NCBI GenBank assembly: GCA_904063045.1
Contig: CAJFCJ010000020.1
Coordinates: 1,046,916 to 1,110,915, forward strand
Direction: 5' to 3'
DNA length: 64,000 nucleotides
DNA from: Dimorphilus gyrociliatus
Lineage: Eukaryota > Animalia > Annelida
Shown here: positions 39,809 to 54,144 of the stretch, one piece after another
Numbering within the stretch: the stretch's first letter is position 1
Layout of the letters: each line of letters begins with the position of its first letter
Position numbers and translations under genes: made by a program
Notes under the pieces: model-generated
What the model was told of the DNA's origin: nothing
The model's input: only the letters and a program-made list of their open reading frames with translations
Databases searched by the model: none

Positions 39809-40203
39809 TTATGTCTTCTTTGCATTTATTTCATCGAATAACTGATAGAGTTGAACGACTTGATCGTCACTTAGATATTCTAGGCTTTTTTCTGTGAAAC
39901 CTTTTCCAATATCTGGTTTAACTTTTTTTTGTTTCAATTTCATTTGATCAGCAAGATCTCGAGCATAAATCTAGATATTAAAAAACTAATTGTTTTACTC
40001 TGATCTTAATTTACATTATACTTTTAACTTACCGCCCATGCTTTCAGAAAAACATCTACTTGGGGTTTTTCTGCCTTTTTATGAAGTTTAAATTCTTCTT
40101 TTACATATTTATCCCCTAAATATTTCAAATCTTCTGGTAAACTCTTATGAAGTCGTAAAATGCTTTTGTATAAAAAGCGAACTTGTCTTACGTGAGATGT
40201 CAT
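39809..40203 (-). CDS. SDHAF3: Succinate dehydrogenase assembly factor 3 (ACN9, LYR family), 2 exons
   Basis: VRFLYKSILRLHKSLPEDLKYLGDKYVKEEFKLHK...FLKAWAIYA...LSDDQVVQLYQL. Confidence 0.9.
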
Positions 40204-40986
40204 TTCGATCGTCCTCTATTTTCGCTCAATATTTGAAACAAACTACTCTAAATATAAAATATACTTTTATTAGTTAATTAATAATCATAACATAGAAGGT
40301 TTAATGTGATCCAATATCAGTTCAACTTACCATTAAAGATTAAATATTATTTTTTTCGTTAGTTTTACAAAGTTTAGAATGAATGAGTCCTTGAAACCGT
40401 AAAGTTCTCTTAGGTCACAGCTAAACTGGTATATTATCAATTAGAAGAATTTTTAAACTATAAAAATATGATTTAAATAGAAATAATATTAAATTAATAA
40501 GATTTAATGTAAAATAATAAATGACAGATTGCCTTTAATCGATTTATGTAAGATTCAATTTCATATTTCAGTAGCTAAACAAAATTTGAAATAAATATCT
40601 CTTTTCAACAAATTTAATTATACTGATAGATTCACTTTTTTAAATTGCATCTGTTCAGAAGAGAACAGTTTTATATTAAAAGTCTTAAAATTCACATTTG
40701 TAACTACTTTATAATGTTTATCTTCGGAATATACATATTTACACATATAAAATAACATTTAATATAACTAAAAGAATTAATATTTATAAAAATATAAACT
40801 GTAACACGTCTGAAAGACAACTCTTATTTATCTAATTTAATTTTAATCCAAGTAGTCAATCTCTAATTAAGTGAAATGCCTTATAAATATAAAATGTTCT
40901 TTTAGTTAGACTCATTCGTCCTTGACCCTTATGTAGGCCGGGTCAGAAGAAACTTGTTTTTGAGGCAGTTTTGTGTATTAGACACT

Positions 40987-42021
40987 ATGGCAAGACGCTT
41001 TGAAATTTTCTACGATGTTGTATCACCATATTCCTTCATTGGATTTGAGGTTAATATTCATTGTAGGAAGAATTTAATGTACAACCTGAAAAAAATCAAG
41101 AAATTGCATAAAATACATAAATTTTTGTTTATTTATGCTTAAATGTCCATTTTTAATGTAGATGGCATGTCGTCTTAGAGACACTTGGAAGATTAACTTA
41201 CTATTAAAACCGTTTTTTTTGGGCGGTGTTATGAAATCTTCTGGAAACACTCCCCCAGCCATTCAATGCCAAACCAAGGGAATTTACATGATGAAAGATT
41301 TAGAAAATTTATCACGACATTACAATGTACCAGTCAAAATTGATCACGAGGTACTCTAATACATTGTATTGCAAATATAAAATAATATTTTAAGCTAATG
41401 CACTTAGAACTTTGCAAAAGTTGCCTTTGAAAAAACAACTCTGAAACCCATGAGATATCTTACGGCAATTGATATGGCTTATCCTCAATTTACCGAGGAA
41501 CTCTCAAGACAGTTTTGGATATCATTCTTTTGTAAAGTAGATATTTGAGTATTTGATATGTTAAGTCATTTTCTTAAACAAGGAATTAACTAATTTCTCA
41601 GATTCAAGACATAACAGAGCCAGACGTAATTAGAGAAACATCAACGAGAGCGGGACTAAACAAAGAACAAGTAGAAAAGGCTTTTGAAGATGCTACTTCT
41701 TCTGAGACTAAAGAAAGACTAACCAGTCTCACAAAAGAAGCAGTAGAGCTCGGTATCCTAATTTCATCCATAAAACATAAAATTTTCATCATGAATGATA
41801 ATTGCTTTCAATTTTCTTTCAGGTGCTTTTGGAGCTCCCTGGTTTGTCATTCATGGAAAAGATGGCAAACAGCATACAGTGTTTGGATCCGATAGATGGG
41901 GTGTCATAGCTGATATTCTAGGTAAATTTTAAATGAATAGGATATCACATTCTAATATTTTCTTTCTTATAAAACAGATGAAGAGTATCCCGGTCCTATG
42001 AGAAAATTGTCGAAAACATAA
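40987..42021 (+). CDS. GSTK1: Glutathione S-transferase kappa 1, multi-exon
   Basis: EIFYDVVSPYSFIGFE, LKPFFLGGVMKSSGNTPP, GAFGAPW, FGSDR. Confidence 0.92.
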
Positions 42022-42616
42022 AATAAACTACGATTGACAATATGCCCAGAATTCTAACTTGTATTTGAAAGATCGTCAGCAAAATACAGAATAATTTAAT
42101 TATTCAGAATAATTCAATTATTGTTTTCCAGTTGTTATCACTCTAACATAGTTGCAGTCAAATGTTTCAAGGTTAATTAGATAATAAGGTAAATATCGGT
42201 CAGCAACTTATAAATATAATTAAATGTTAGAAACGTCAGCAAAAAACTGAAAATGTTCTGGAACGAAAAAATATATTCTTTAAATTTTAAATTCTTATAA
42301 ACAAAGAAAATCTATATTCGAATTAGTGTTTTGAATCGACAACCAACTAAATTTATATTCAAAATCTGCTACTTTTAGTGAAGAAAAGTACATTAGATTA
42401 ACCTTTAACATAATTTTTTATTAAATATGGTTTTTTCAGTAACAAATCAAAATTTTATATAAAATGGATAAAGAAATACATTCTCTCTTGCGAATTTACT
42501 AAGAAATTTGGCGGTTATCGACAATTTTACCAAATAAAAGTTTTACCAGTTTTCTGAGTTGCTAAGGAGAAACTACAAGTGACTGTCCGAGAATAGGAAA
42601 CTAGAATACTGCAATC

Positions 42617-43980
42617 ATGGCAGGCGGAACTAAAACCGATATGGAAAGAGTGGGAATCTTTAAGGAGATGGAGTACATATCAATTGGAGATAAATATGTA
42701 CCTGCCGGAGCGAGTAAGAACTTATATGACGATGTTAAACAATACTTATGAAAAACGTAATATTCTTTTTCCAGTGGCTTTTAATATTGCTGCCGGTAAA
42801 GGGAAGCAAATTCTTCCCGGTGGATCAAAGGAAAGATCTGCGAAAACAGATGGATATTTTACCGATAAATTTTCAAGGATATTAGAAGGAGAATCCTATA
42901 GGTATTATAAATATAGTTGCATAAAGAAAAACTAACCAGATTATTGATCTGTTATTCTAAATAACAAATAAAGTAATATCTAAACTAAATTATTACGTCT
43001 TTAATCCAAAGCGATCCAATAAAAACAAGACGACAATTCCGTATTCAAGAATCGAAGAAAAACATAGGGAAACCATTTCTTCCTAGTAACGGAGAAAAGA
43101 AACCGTCAGTATCACGATTATACGTGCAATAAACTTTTTTTACTATTTGCAATTGGCTTATGCTGTTCAAACTTCTTTATGTGCATTATAGGTCTGGTTT
43201 GGGTAATCATTATGGTACATTGGGAGGACCAATTGAGTACTTTAAACCAAATGCAAAACCCTACGAATCTAATAAGGGAGAGAAGAGGAATATTGTAACA
43301 AATCCAGGAAAATTAGGAACAGGTTTTGGATACAGTAACGTGACTATTAATAAATTCCCAGAATATAAAGCTGATAGCTATGGACGAGCAGGAGATTTGT
43401 TTAAAGTAAGTATCAATTTATCTGGATAAATGTAATTTATACAGTAGAGTGTTACTTATCAATTAATACATTGTGTATTTTTTTTTTGCTGTATAGAAAG
43501 AAGTTGAAGTCCATAAAAAATCAGTTAAGGGATCAGCATTCAAATTGAATATGCATCCGAAAGCCTACTTCGACGACAATCCATTCAAATCTGATAAGGG
43601 ACAAAGTGGTACACGAAAAGAAAGCACTCTGAAACGAGATCTGAAACCATTTAAACCCAGTTCTCCAGCAAAGAAACCTGGCAATATGCATGCAGGAACG
43701 TTTACAAATTACCCAACACATTCTGAAGATAAATACAAGATCGTCAAATTTGGAAGACCAGTTGATGTCAGAAATAAACACGGAAAAGTATTTGTACCAT
43801 CGCAGGGCCCAAAGAGCACACCTGTAAACTCGGTTGTCAATCAAAATGTTATAAGGTAAGTCTAAACTTGCACGCTAAACAATTCTAAATTATTTAAATA
43901 ATTATTCACATTCATTCCTTTTGTTCAGGTCTATCAACGCTCAAAACTACAAAACTTTGTCATCAGTGATGAGTTATTAA
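42617..43980 (+). CDS. CFAP96: Cilia- and flagella-associated protein 96 (C4orf47/UPF0602 homolog), multi-exon
   Basis: KTDMERVGIFKEMEYISIGDKY, DGYFTDKFSRILEGESY, KRNIVTNPGKLGTGFGY, FKPSSPAKKPG. Confidence 0.85.
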
Positions 43981-44689
43981 ATCATATACTGCAAGTGCTT
44001 GCGATTGTTTATTCGATTAATCAGTTAAAAAATATTAATAATAACCAAATAAAGCAATTAAAAAAGCTATAGAATGTCCATAATTTCTTGATCATTTCTA
44101 ATGTTGAACTTTTCCACTTATATAGCTAATATGATAGGAATTTTATTTATTGAAAATAGAAATCCTTGATATTTTAAGAAGAAATTCTTAAAAAATGTTG
44201 GGTTTGGGGTAGGGAAGGGATTAATGGGAAACGTATCGAGTGAATATATTTTCCTATGTCCATATTTCTAAACCAAATGGGATATCTATGTGAAAGCAAA
44301 AGCCAATTTTAAACAAAAATTGTTAGAAAAGTAACTGAATAATATAATTGAAAAAGTGAAGAAATATAATTAAAAGAAGCACAAAACTACAGATTTTTAA
44401 TTTTAAAGTAAAAATTAAAGGCAAAAAAGAAAAAGAAAACGGTGTATGTAAAGAAATTAGTGAAAAATTAATTAAATTATCAATCTTATAGAAACTATCA
44501 CAAATAAAAACCGTCTTATCACCTGATATATTTGTTTCAATATTCATTTCAATTTGTTGTTAAAAGTTGAAGAGAATTTGTTTTTCTTAAAATTTTTATT
44601 TATAATATTTTTGTCAAATTCTCTTAAAGAGAGAATTTTTATTTTTTCAATTTATCTTTCTTTGTTTTCTATTTTTAAGAGAGAAATTT

Positions 44690-44990
44690 ATATATGCTAT
44701 ATATCTATATACTGTATATACATTTATATATATGGCACGTATTTAGAAAGGAAGAGAAAAGTCATAAATAAGAAAGAACTACTAATTTGAAAAATGTGAT
44801 ACATTGTAAGTATGCTATATACAGAATATATATCTAGCTGTAAATGTATGCATATATATATATATATGTATACTGTACACACATGTATACTATATACATA
44901 GGAGTATATAATAAGGGTCTACTAATCCATATATATATATAGTACATATATAATTTTAGGAAAATACTGTATATTATGTTAATTACTAAT
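44690..44990. repeat. TA-rich low-complexity / microsatellite tract
   Basis: Multiple (TA)n runs interspersed with TACTGTA/TACAC. Confidence 0.6.
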
Positions 44991-45020
44991 ACATCTATAC
45001 AACATTTATACTTAATTAAA

Positions 45021-47824
45021 CTAAACAGTCGATTTTCCGTTATCCATTGATAAATTAATAGCAGATTTAGATTTCGTTTTTTTCTTGTTTGCTACAAACT
45101 TCGATATCTTTCTTAAACTTTTTCGAACGCCCGAAGATGGTTGCGTATGCAAATTACTGATTTGACTTATATCGGATGAAGAGGAAGCGAAAAAATTCGT
45201 ATTTTGCCCGTAGTCTAATCTCTGATCGCTCCCTTTTTCCGAGATGTATGTACTTACCCTTCGTATTGTCCCATAATACATACTAGATTTTCTCTTTACT
45301 CTGTTGTAAAGTCTCTGAAATGAAGGACGATCAGCTGGATCTTGGTGCCAACAGGATTCTATAATTGCAAATAGGTCGGCTGAACAACAAACAGGCCTAG
45401 ATAACTTAACTTCTTTTTGACATATGGCCAAAATCGATTCTTCAACTGTTAGCTGACCAAATGGATATTCTCCAGACAAAACTTCCCACATACATACACC
45501 CGCTGACCACACGTCAGATTTTGACGAATATACTGAATGACGAAGAACTTCCGGTGCTGACCTATTTTGTATCAATGAAAAGCAAATTAACTTCATTCAG
45601 TTAATTGATAAGAATTAATTTTGTCGTTTACATACCATTTTATAGGAATACTCTCATTTTTTGCAGCTTGATAGTGGTCATCCTTAACGTATCTTGCTCG
45701 TCCGAAATCTCCAAGTTTAACTGTTTTTTTATCCGAAACGAAAAAATTCCTTGCGGCTAAATCTCTATGTAAAATGTAACGTTGTTGCTCTAAATACATG
45801 CAAGCAGCCATAATTTGCATTATAACATCTATTTTCGAGTCCATATCGTCGGGAGGGAAGAGCTTTTCCTTCTTCAAGCAATCTCTTAAATTGCCGTGTT
45901 TGAGATACTCACATACAAGATAAAATGTAGAATTTGGTACATAAGAAATACCAACTAATCTTACAATATGCTCGAATTTTATAGGCATCATTACTTTTGC
46001 TTCTTCCATAACATCATCTATATCAGCCGGATGATCTTCGTGTCTGTCAACAACTTTAACTGCAACAGGAATACCTTTATATAAACCTTCATATACTGTT
46101 CCAAAAGCTCCTTTTCCAACAAATTTACTAAATTGGATGCTCAATACACGTCTGTCAATCTTCCATTTTTCCAAAATTTCTTCTCTATTCCTCGCACATT
46201 TTAATGATCGTCTTAATCTGCATACTAGACCATCCTTATCCAAGCTAAAGAATTCTATTAATTCATTTACATCCATAAAAGATCTGTAATGCCCCTCTAT
46301 CATTACATCATTATGCAATCCATTTTTAATAATGTGATAGTGATAAGCTTGTTTAGAGGACATTCCAATAGAAAGATTATATAGATGAGCAGATGATCGC
46401 CGCTTTGGCACTTCGTATACCAGGAAAATACCATCAATAGGTTCAGATCGCAAAAGCACCGTAGCATGTTTAGCAGATAATGGAATGGGATAAAACCAGT
46501 CTGCTTTTGTTGGATCACCTTGCTTCTTCAAATATATATCAGGTATATAATACGCCCAACCTAATTTGTCATAGGCTAAACGAGTCTTGGTTTTCTGGTT
46601 AGCAAACTCTGTTTCAGCTAAAACGAACTCATTTCTCTTAAGGTAAAATTTTTCCTCTAATTCTACTTCGCTATGTTTGTAATCAATCGGTGGTATATAA
46701 ACGGTTGAATCTCCGATTTGAGCATATGATTCATCACCTTCATCCGACGAACTGACTAGATCTACTGTTTGATTGAACACTTGTGAATCGCTTTGACTTC
46801 TTGACTCTAGCGGTAGTACAAGGTCTAAATTGGTCTCCTCAAGTCCACTTTCCTTTGATTCCGATGTTTCTTTAGGTAAATTTGGTGAAGAAGATGAAGG
46901 TACTTGGGGACAAAGCCCGTCTTCGGATTTTGTATTTACTTTGATCGGCGGTAAATTAGTAGGTTTAGGTGGAATGGGCGGAGGGGGTAATTTATGAGAT
47001 TTGGGATAGCTGTCATTACTAGACGATTGAGTAGTATGTAAAGACGAAAGTCCGTCATCATTATCAGTAGGTGGTAGTATTGCTTCTGTAAGTAGAGGTG
47101 GAGGAGAATTTGGTTTTATGTTTACTTCTTCTACTTTACTGACAACATGTACAGGAATGCTTTCATTTCGAGGCTTTGCAGTATCATCATCAATCTCGGA
47201 TATAAGAACTTTTTTAAAGACTAGATCACGTTGTAAAACGACAACTTCTAAATCGTTTTCATTATCATCAGATTCTTCATCAGTAAGAAGAGAGCGCTCT
47301 GAAACACTCCAATGATGGTTGAGATTTTTAGGAATTGAATAACATTGAACGTATTCGTGTTTTATTTCATCTTGTGAATAGAGTACATTTCTAATTGCAT
47401 CTCCTGGCAGTCTAGATGCTTTACTTTCAATTCTAATATTTGAGTGATGTTCAATCTTTTTTCTTGAATCGTCTATAACCATTTTCAATTCGGGGAATTT
47501 TGCTCTTATTTCTTCGAAAACACTATGAACAATATAATTTTCGCTTAATTCCAATCTGTCTAAAAACGCCGCGACACTATCTTCGTTAGAAATTCCTTCT
47601 ATCTTCCAACCAGAAATTCCATTTGGAAGGCACGATAGCAAACTCTGACTATCAACATTCTTAATAATTTGAAGACGACACCTCTTTAGAACCTGTCTTT
47701 CCACAGTAGCAGGTGAATTGTCTTCCATCTTTTTCTCCTTACTCTTTGATCGAAGCCACGGTATGTAAGCTGCATAATTGACATAAGTATTAGGAGACGA
47801 GTCTTTTTGTTTCAATTTGAACAT
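45021..47824 (-). CDS. Non-receptor tyrosine kinase: N-terminal death-fold/CARD-like region, Pro/Ser-rich linker, SH2-like domain, TyrKc. 2 coding exons with an intron near 45560-45635
   Basis: GKGAFGTVY, VAVK, HRDLAARN, DFG, PIKW|SAPE, SDVWSAGV. SH2-like WFY...GIFLV...HYHI. The start ATG is likely 47824, after a splice acceptor. Confidence 0.85.
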
Positions 47825-49198
47825 ACTAAACAAAAGCAATCAGTCGACTGTGCACATAGACTAATGAAATAAATGCAATAATAGTATCTGATTGCCAATA
47901 GGTCTAAATTGTTGAAGCATAGAAGAATTAAAATTTATCAGACAACAGCGAGTAGAGAGAATTAGTTTATTAAAACAGGAAATAATTATTCTAAAAGTGA
48001 TCGGCAAGCAAATAATTTATTCACATTCTGATTAAAGCAGTCCTGATTGAAAGATTTGGAAAAAGCTAACACCAAGAGAGACTGATGTTATATATTTATT
48101 TCTGGTAATATTAGAATACTATACATTCAGTTATACAAGCGCCTTCAAGGATTTGCAATATCGCTCTTAAAAATCTTATACCACTCTAAACTGATACAAA
48201 TTTACCGCTGTTAAACAAACACTGATAAACAATAGAATATATATATATTATATACAGTATATCTACTTTTAAAATAAACCATTACAAGGATATTCAAGAA
48301 ATATTATAACACCAAGAAAAGTTATTAAAAGCGAAAAATTTTATCCAAAAATATTGCTCAGAGCTAAAATCATATTTTTAGATAGATCGTTTTACAAATC
48401 TTAATTATAAGAACATACATCGACTTTCCTTATATTTTCTTTCTTCGTGTGTAAATTCGAGTTCAAATAAACTTTTTTTTCTCTTTGCCGATGATTTTTA
48501 TTTATATTGATTTTTTTTCCAACTTAAACAGGAAGCTAACAAGACATTAATGTCAGTACAAACATTGTAACATTCGTCTTGGAAACTTATCAACCAATTA
48601 AAAACAAATAAAATGTGTACAGAAAACAACGGAAAAATATAATGATATTATTTTTAGATGCCATAATTTAATTTATTTAGCTTATACTGTTAGAAAAACA
48701 AAATAATTTTTAGTAAAGCAAGTTAAACACTCACCTGTAAATAGTTTAGTGGACGATAATAGGAGTTAGTGGCTAAATGATCACACTTGGTGAAAAAAAC
48801 ACTTCAGAGAAGAATTTTTGGTATAGACAATCATTAATAATTATATTAAATTTGATAAAGACTTTGTATTCACATGTGATCAATATTACAAATATTAAAT
48901 CCTAAATGAGCTTTAAATTTGTTATCTGATGATTAAAAAAAAACAGGTTAAAATATTCTTGATTAAGACGTATTTGAGTAAATACGCTTAAGAATAATAG
49001 AAAAAATTTAAATATTTCTTTTCAATGGAAAGCGTAAATCTAAAATAAATTACAATTTATACTTTATAGAATAATTCGAGGAAATTTATTCTACTTCCGC
49101 CATGAGCGAAATTTGATTCCATAGTGATTAACACCTAAAATTTCCTTATGATATACATATTAGTAACCTATTTAGATGAGTTTTGTGCATAATTAAAA

Positions 49199-51482
49199 AT
49201 GACATCTGAGATGTTCGAGAATTTTGCAGAAGTAAGATCATTGATTGCAAGAAAACCATTAATATTTTCACATTGACTATTTCGTAAGTTTGAAATAATG
49301 ATTTTGTTTCACTAGATTGTGGCCTCTGAACAGCTTTCAGAAAATTCATACAAACTCACCATTCCTAAAGAACAAAAAGACAAATATGTAGATCATAGAA
49401 ATAATAAGCTGTGGAATCAGGTAAGTGTTTTTGATGATTTATCTATTTATATACACTTGCCACAACACCTAAGTTACTTATTACATTGAATATTTTTTAT
49501 CTTGGATGAGATTATTATCTTTATCGAAAGAACTATAGATTTATAATATAGTCTTTGGAATTAAAGCAAATGATCTTCAACAGGTTCAAACAGAATCACA
49601 TATGTGTGATGTTACACTAACAGTCAACGCCACACTAAGAAGTTTCAAAATAAAAGCTCATAAATGCGTCCTGTCTGCAGCTTGTGATTATTTTCACGTT
49701 ATGTTTGCCAATCAAATGGTTGAAAACCTATCGAATAAAGTAGACTTGAGTGAAAGTATTCCCGATGTTTCAGCTTTTCGCAGCCTTTTACAATTCTTTT
49801 ACACTGGGAGTATAGAAATTACTTTGCATAATGTTGTTGCACTGTTAGAAATGGCAAGAATGTTTTTTGTGAGCGAGCTTACTACCCATTGCATCGATTT
49901 CTTAACAAATATAGTAACAAAAAGTAATTGTTTGATAATGACTGCCTTGGCTAGTACTTATGATCTAGAAGCTCTCCTTAAGCCAGCAATGAATACGCTG
50001 GAGTTTGTATTTTACTCCCCCTGTTTGAGGAACCAAATCTCAAAGTTAACTTTCGAAGGTATGATCTGGATGTTAAATCAAAGTTGGATAAGTCAATGTC
50101 CGCAGTTCGCCTACGAAAGTATATGCGAGTGGTTAGCGGAGGTAAAGTTAAATGATATACAACTTATCGAATTGATCTCCCGAGTGAAAGAATTATTTGG
50201 TAAAATGTGCGGTACGGATAATATTATTGACATTCTGAAATCTTGGTCTGATAGAGAATCCTTTAAAACTTTGCAAAGATATGACAACGAAGAAATGATT
50301 GTAGTCGACGATAGAAGTAACGTTTTGGAAAATTATGTTTCTTTTAAGTTTTTTTCACCATCAAAGAATCAATGGTATTTTTATGAATTACGTGGAACTG
50401 CAAAACTGTCTCATAGTAAAATATTTCCCGTAAGTACAGCTGAGATACTGGGCACTTTAAAATCTGGAAAAATGCTATTTCGTCAGAATGAGGCATTATA
50501 CTATGCATATGATATAAGAAATCCAGAAAGGAGTTATACAGTTCGAGCTCCCTATAAGGGAAAGACTTGGAAAAATTCTAAATTTGGTTTTTCTAACGGT
50601 GAATTTATATGTATACAAAAGAGTAACGTAGAAACTAGGGTTTGGCAATTCTCCGAAACTCCATCACGAAATAAAAAAAAATGGGTTCTTTGGCGAGGTG
50701 GCAAAATTCTAGAATCTATGAACAAGCCAACTTTTATCAGTGGGCCGAATCATATGATAATATTTTCTGAATTATGGAACGATCCATCATATACAGTTAA
50801 CAGATATATGTATCTCAGGAAGCATGAAGATCCATCATGGATAAAAAAGCTACCCTATCCCTCCTGCCGTTGTAAAGAAAGGATAGCTGAACATTCCCCT
50901 TGGAATACTGCCTTCGTCAATTCTGACATGTCTTGTCGTGATTTATGTTTAACCAGGAAAAATAGCTACAACTCATATAAAGTTCTTACACAAAAATTTT
51001 TTAGAATCTACATTGTCGGTAAATTAGTCAACTCTCCCCAGTGTGAAATCTACGAATTGGATTTAGAAACTCTAACATGGTCATTTCATAACGAACCAAA
51101 ATATATCATCGAGGCAGCAAAAACTTTCCAAATATTTGCCTCTAATGGTGTCACTTTCGCCTGTCATGCATTTCATTCCGAAAAATTGCCAATACTACGA
51201 GCTATAACTGATAATGGGGTAAAAAGTCTGCCAGTTATTGATCTGAAATATGGTGAATTAATAAGATGTATGACTCTTCCAAAATATTTAATAGACTTAG
51301 CAGAAATACTACCAAGTTGTGTTTCATCAGATGAAAATTGTCCAATACTATTCAAACAAAAAACGTATCTTTGTAAAACAAGACTATTTTCTCGCTCTGA
51401 GGACGATGAAGACTATGATGAACTGGAAGACGATGATGTCAGTTTGCTTAATTATGATGCTTATGAGCTCTTTATGTTTTAG
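49199..51482 (+). CDS. BTB-BACK domain protein with degenerate kelch-like C-terminus (2 short 5' exons + large exon)
   Basis: CDVTLTV..KAHKCVLSAACDYFHVMF...FRSLLQFFYTGSIEIT BTB, BACK-like region. Upstream exons MTSEMFENFAE|IVASEQ...WNQ| join in frame. Confidence 0.85.
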
Positions 51483-51801
51483 TTATCGTTTCGTTATACC
51501 TTCAATTTTTCATTTTATAAAGTTCAGTTCGACAGTATTTGTTTTATAGTCGTGTAAATAAAATGGGACCTAATATCATAAAAATCATATTGTATAGACT
51601 ACAATGTGTAGTAAGCAAATAATAAATCTTTTTGGTCACAGCACTTTTATTGATAAATCTTTCAAAAGTACTCACCGGGAAACGTAAGAGTATTGGGATA
51701 GAGGTTGAAGTTTTCTTATTAAAAAAACTGATAGTAACAAAAATGATACGTTTTTACAAGAATGTTGCGAAAATTGCGATGACACAAATGAGTTTTTAAA
51801 T

Positions 51802-54144
51802 TTAGTCGACTTCTTCCATCTTAGATGCATCATCGTCCTCGTCTTCGAGTTTTGGCATCTCTTCCGGAGCTGCTGCATCAGCTACTACTTCATCTTCTTC
51901 ATCAATACCTAAACCAAGTTTCACCATGCGGTGGATTCTGTTCGAATGAGTCTGAGGATCTTCCAAAGAGAATCCAGACGATAGCAGAGAAGTTTCAAAC
52001 AAAAGCAACACAAGATCCTTAACTGACTTGTCATTCTTGTCAGCTTCTACTCTGGCTTTTAGAGTTTTCATGATACTATGTTCTGGATTGATTTCCAAAT
52101 GTTTCTTTGCTGCCATATATCCCATAGTACTGGTATCGCGTAGAGCTTGAGCCTTCATGATACGCTCCATATTAGCGGACCAACCGTATTGTGATGTAAC
52201 GATACAGCATGGAGATGACACAAGTCTGTTGGATACAACGACTTTTTCGACTTTTTTGTCTAAAGCATCTTTCATTACTTTGCACAGTTCTTCGAATTGA
52301 GCTTTTTGCTCTTCAAATTTCTTTTTTTCATCCTCATCTTCTGGAAGCTCTAAGCCTTCTTTAGTAACGCATACCAATTTCTTTCCATCATATTCCTTCA
52401 GTTGTTGAGTGGCATATTCATCGATAGGATCAATCATGTAGAGAACCTCAAAACCTCGTTTCTTTACTCTCTCAACAAAAGCTGAATTTTCGACAGAGTC
52501 TCTAGATTCTCCAGTTATGTAATAGATATCTTTTTGATTTTCTTTCATTCTAGAGACATATTCCTTTAGAGATGACATTTCGTCACCAGATGACGATGTA
52601 TGATAACGTAGGAATTCAGCTAATTTTTTTCTATTGGTACTATCTTCATGGATGCCCAATTTCAAATTCTTGGCAAATTGCTCGTAGAATTTTTTATAAT
52701 TATCTTTGTCTTCTGCGATATCATCGAACAATTCGAGACATTTTTTGACTAAATTCTTTCTGATGACTTTAAGGATTTTGGATTGTTGGAGCATTTCTCT
52801 GGAGATATTAAGTGGTAAATCTTCAGAGTCCACTACTCCCTTAACAAAGCCCAAAAACTCGGGGATCAACTCCTCACAGTTGTCCATTATGAAAACTCTT
52901 CTAACATACAATTTAATATTGTTGCGTTTCTTCTTGCTTTCGAACATGTCAAAAGGAGCACGTTTAGGAACAAAGAGCAAAGCTCTAAATTCCAGTTGCC
53001 CTTCGACAGAAAAATGTTTAACAGCAAGATGATCTTCCCAATCATTGGACAGTGATTTATAGAATTCACCGTATTCAGCTTGAGAAATATCGTCTGGGTT
53101 ACGGGTCCATAATGGTTTAGTTTTGTTGAGCTCCTCGTCTTCAGTGTACTTTTCCTTGATCTTTTTCTTCTTCTTGCCCTTATCTTTTTCTTCCTCATCA
53201 TCTTCCACGTCCTCGATTTTCGGCTTTTCTTCTTCGTTATTATCTTCTTTCTTTTCGTCTTCTTCCTCATCGTCACTAATCTCCTTCTCTCTTTCTTTTT
53301 CCACCAAAAGACGGATTGGATAACCGATAAATTGTGAGTGTTTCTTCACAACGTCTTTGATTCTTTTTTCATCTAAGTATTCAGTTTGATCTTCCTTAAT
53401 GTGCAAAATGATTTTTGTTCCTCTTCCAGGCATTTCAGAATTGTCTGATCGTACAGTGAAAGATCCTCCGGCTGAAGATTCCCACAAGTATTGTTCATCA
53501 TCATTGTTCTTGGTAATAACTTCAACCTATAAAGGAAAATACTTAAGAAACGGCCTCATTGAAAGGTAAACTACTTACTCTGTCGGCTATAAGGTAAGCG
53601 GAGTAAAAGCCTACACCAAATTGACCAATCATGGAGATGTCAGCTCCAGCCTGAAACAATAATATTCGTTAACAAAGAAGATTTATAACTTGAAACCTAT
53701 TTGATATATGATAAATTTTCAGGTTTAATCAGCGTTCTGCATTATATTAAGACGGGGAAAGAATTTTCATCATTGTTCAAACTGTGTAAAAAATGTAGAA
53801 ACAATACATACCTGAAGGGCTTCCATGAATGCTTTGGTTCCTGACTTTGCAATGGTACCCAAATTGTTGACCAAATCTGCTTTAGTCATACCAATACCAG
53901 TGTCCATAATTGTCAAAGTGTTGTTGGCTTTGTCGGGTGTAATTTTGATGTACAAGTCTTTTCCGCTGTCCAGCCTTGAAGGATCAGTAAGACTTTCATA
54001 TCTTATCTTGTCCAAAGCATCGGACGAATTGGAAATTAATTCTCTCAAAAAAATTTCCTTGTTGGAATAGAAAGTGTTGATAATTAAGCTCATTAATTGA
54101 GCAATTTCGGCTTGAAAAGCGAAGGTTTCGGCTTCTTCTTCCAT
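51802..54144 (-). CDS. HSP90: Cytosolic heat shock protein 90 (Hsp83), 3 coding exons
   Basis: [57 protein letters not shown]-terminal MEEVD. Confidence 0.99.

Noticed and set aside
44323-44790. ORFs 44323-44547 and 44554-44790
   Set aside because: Low-complexity AT-rich sequence, likely 3'UTR or intergenic
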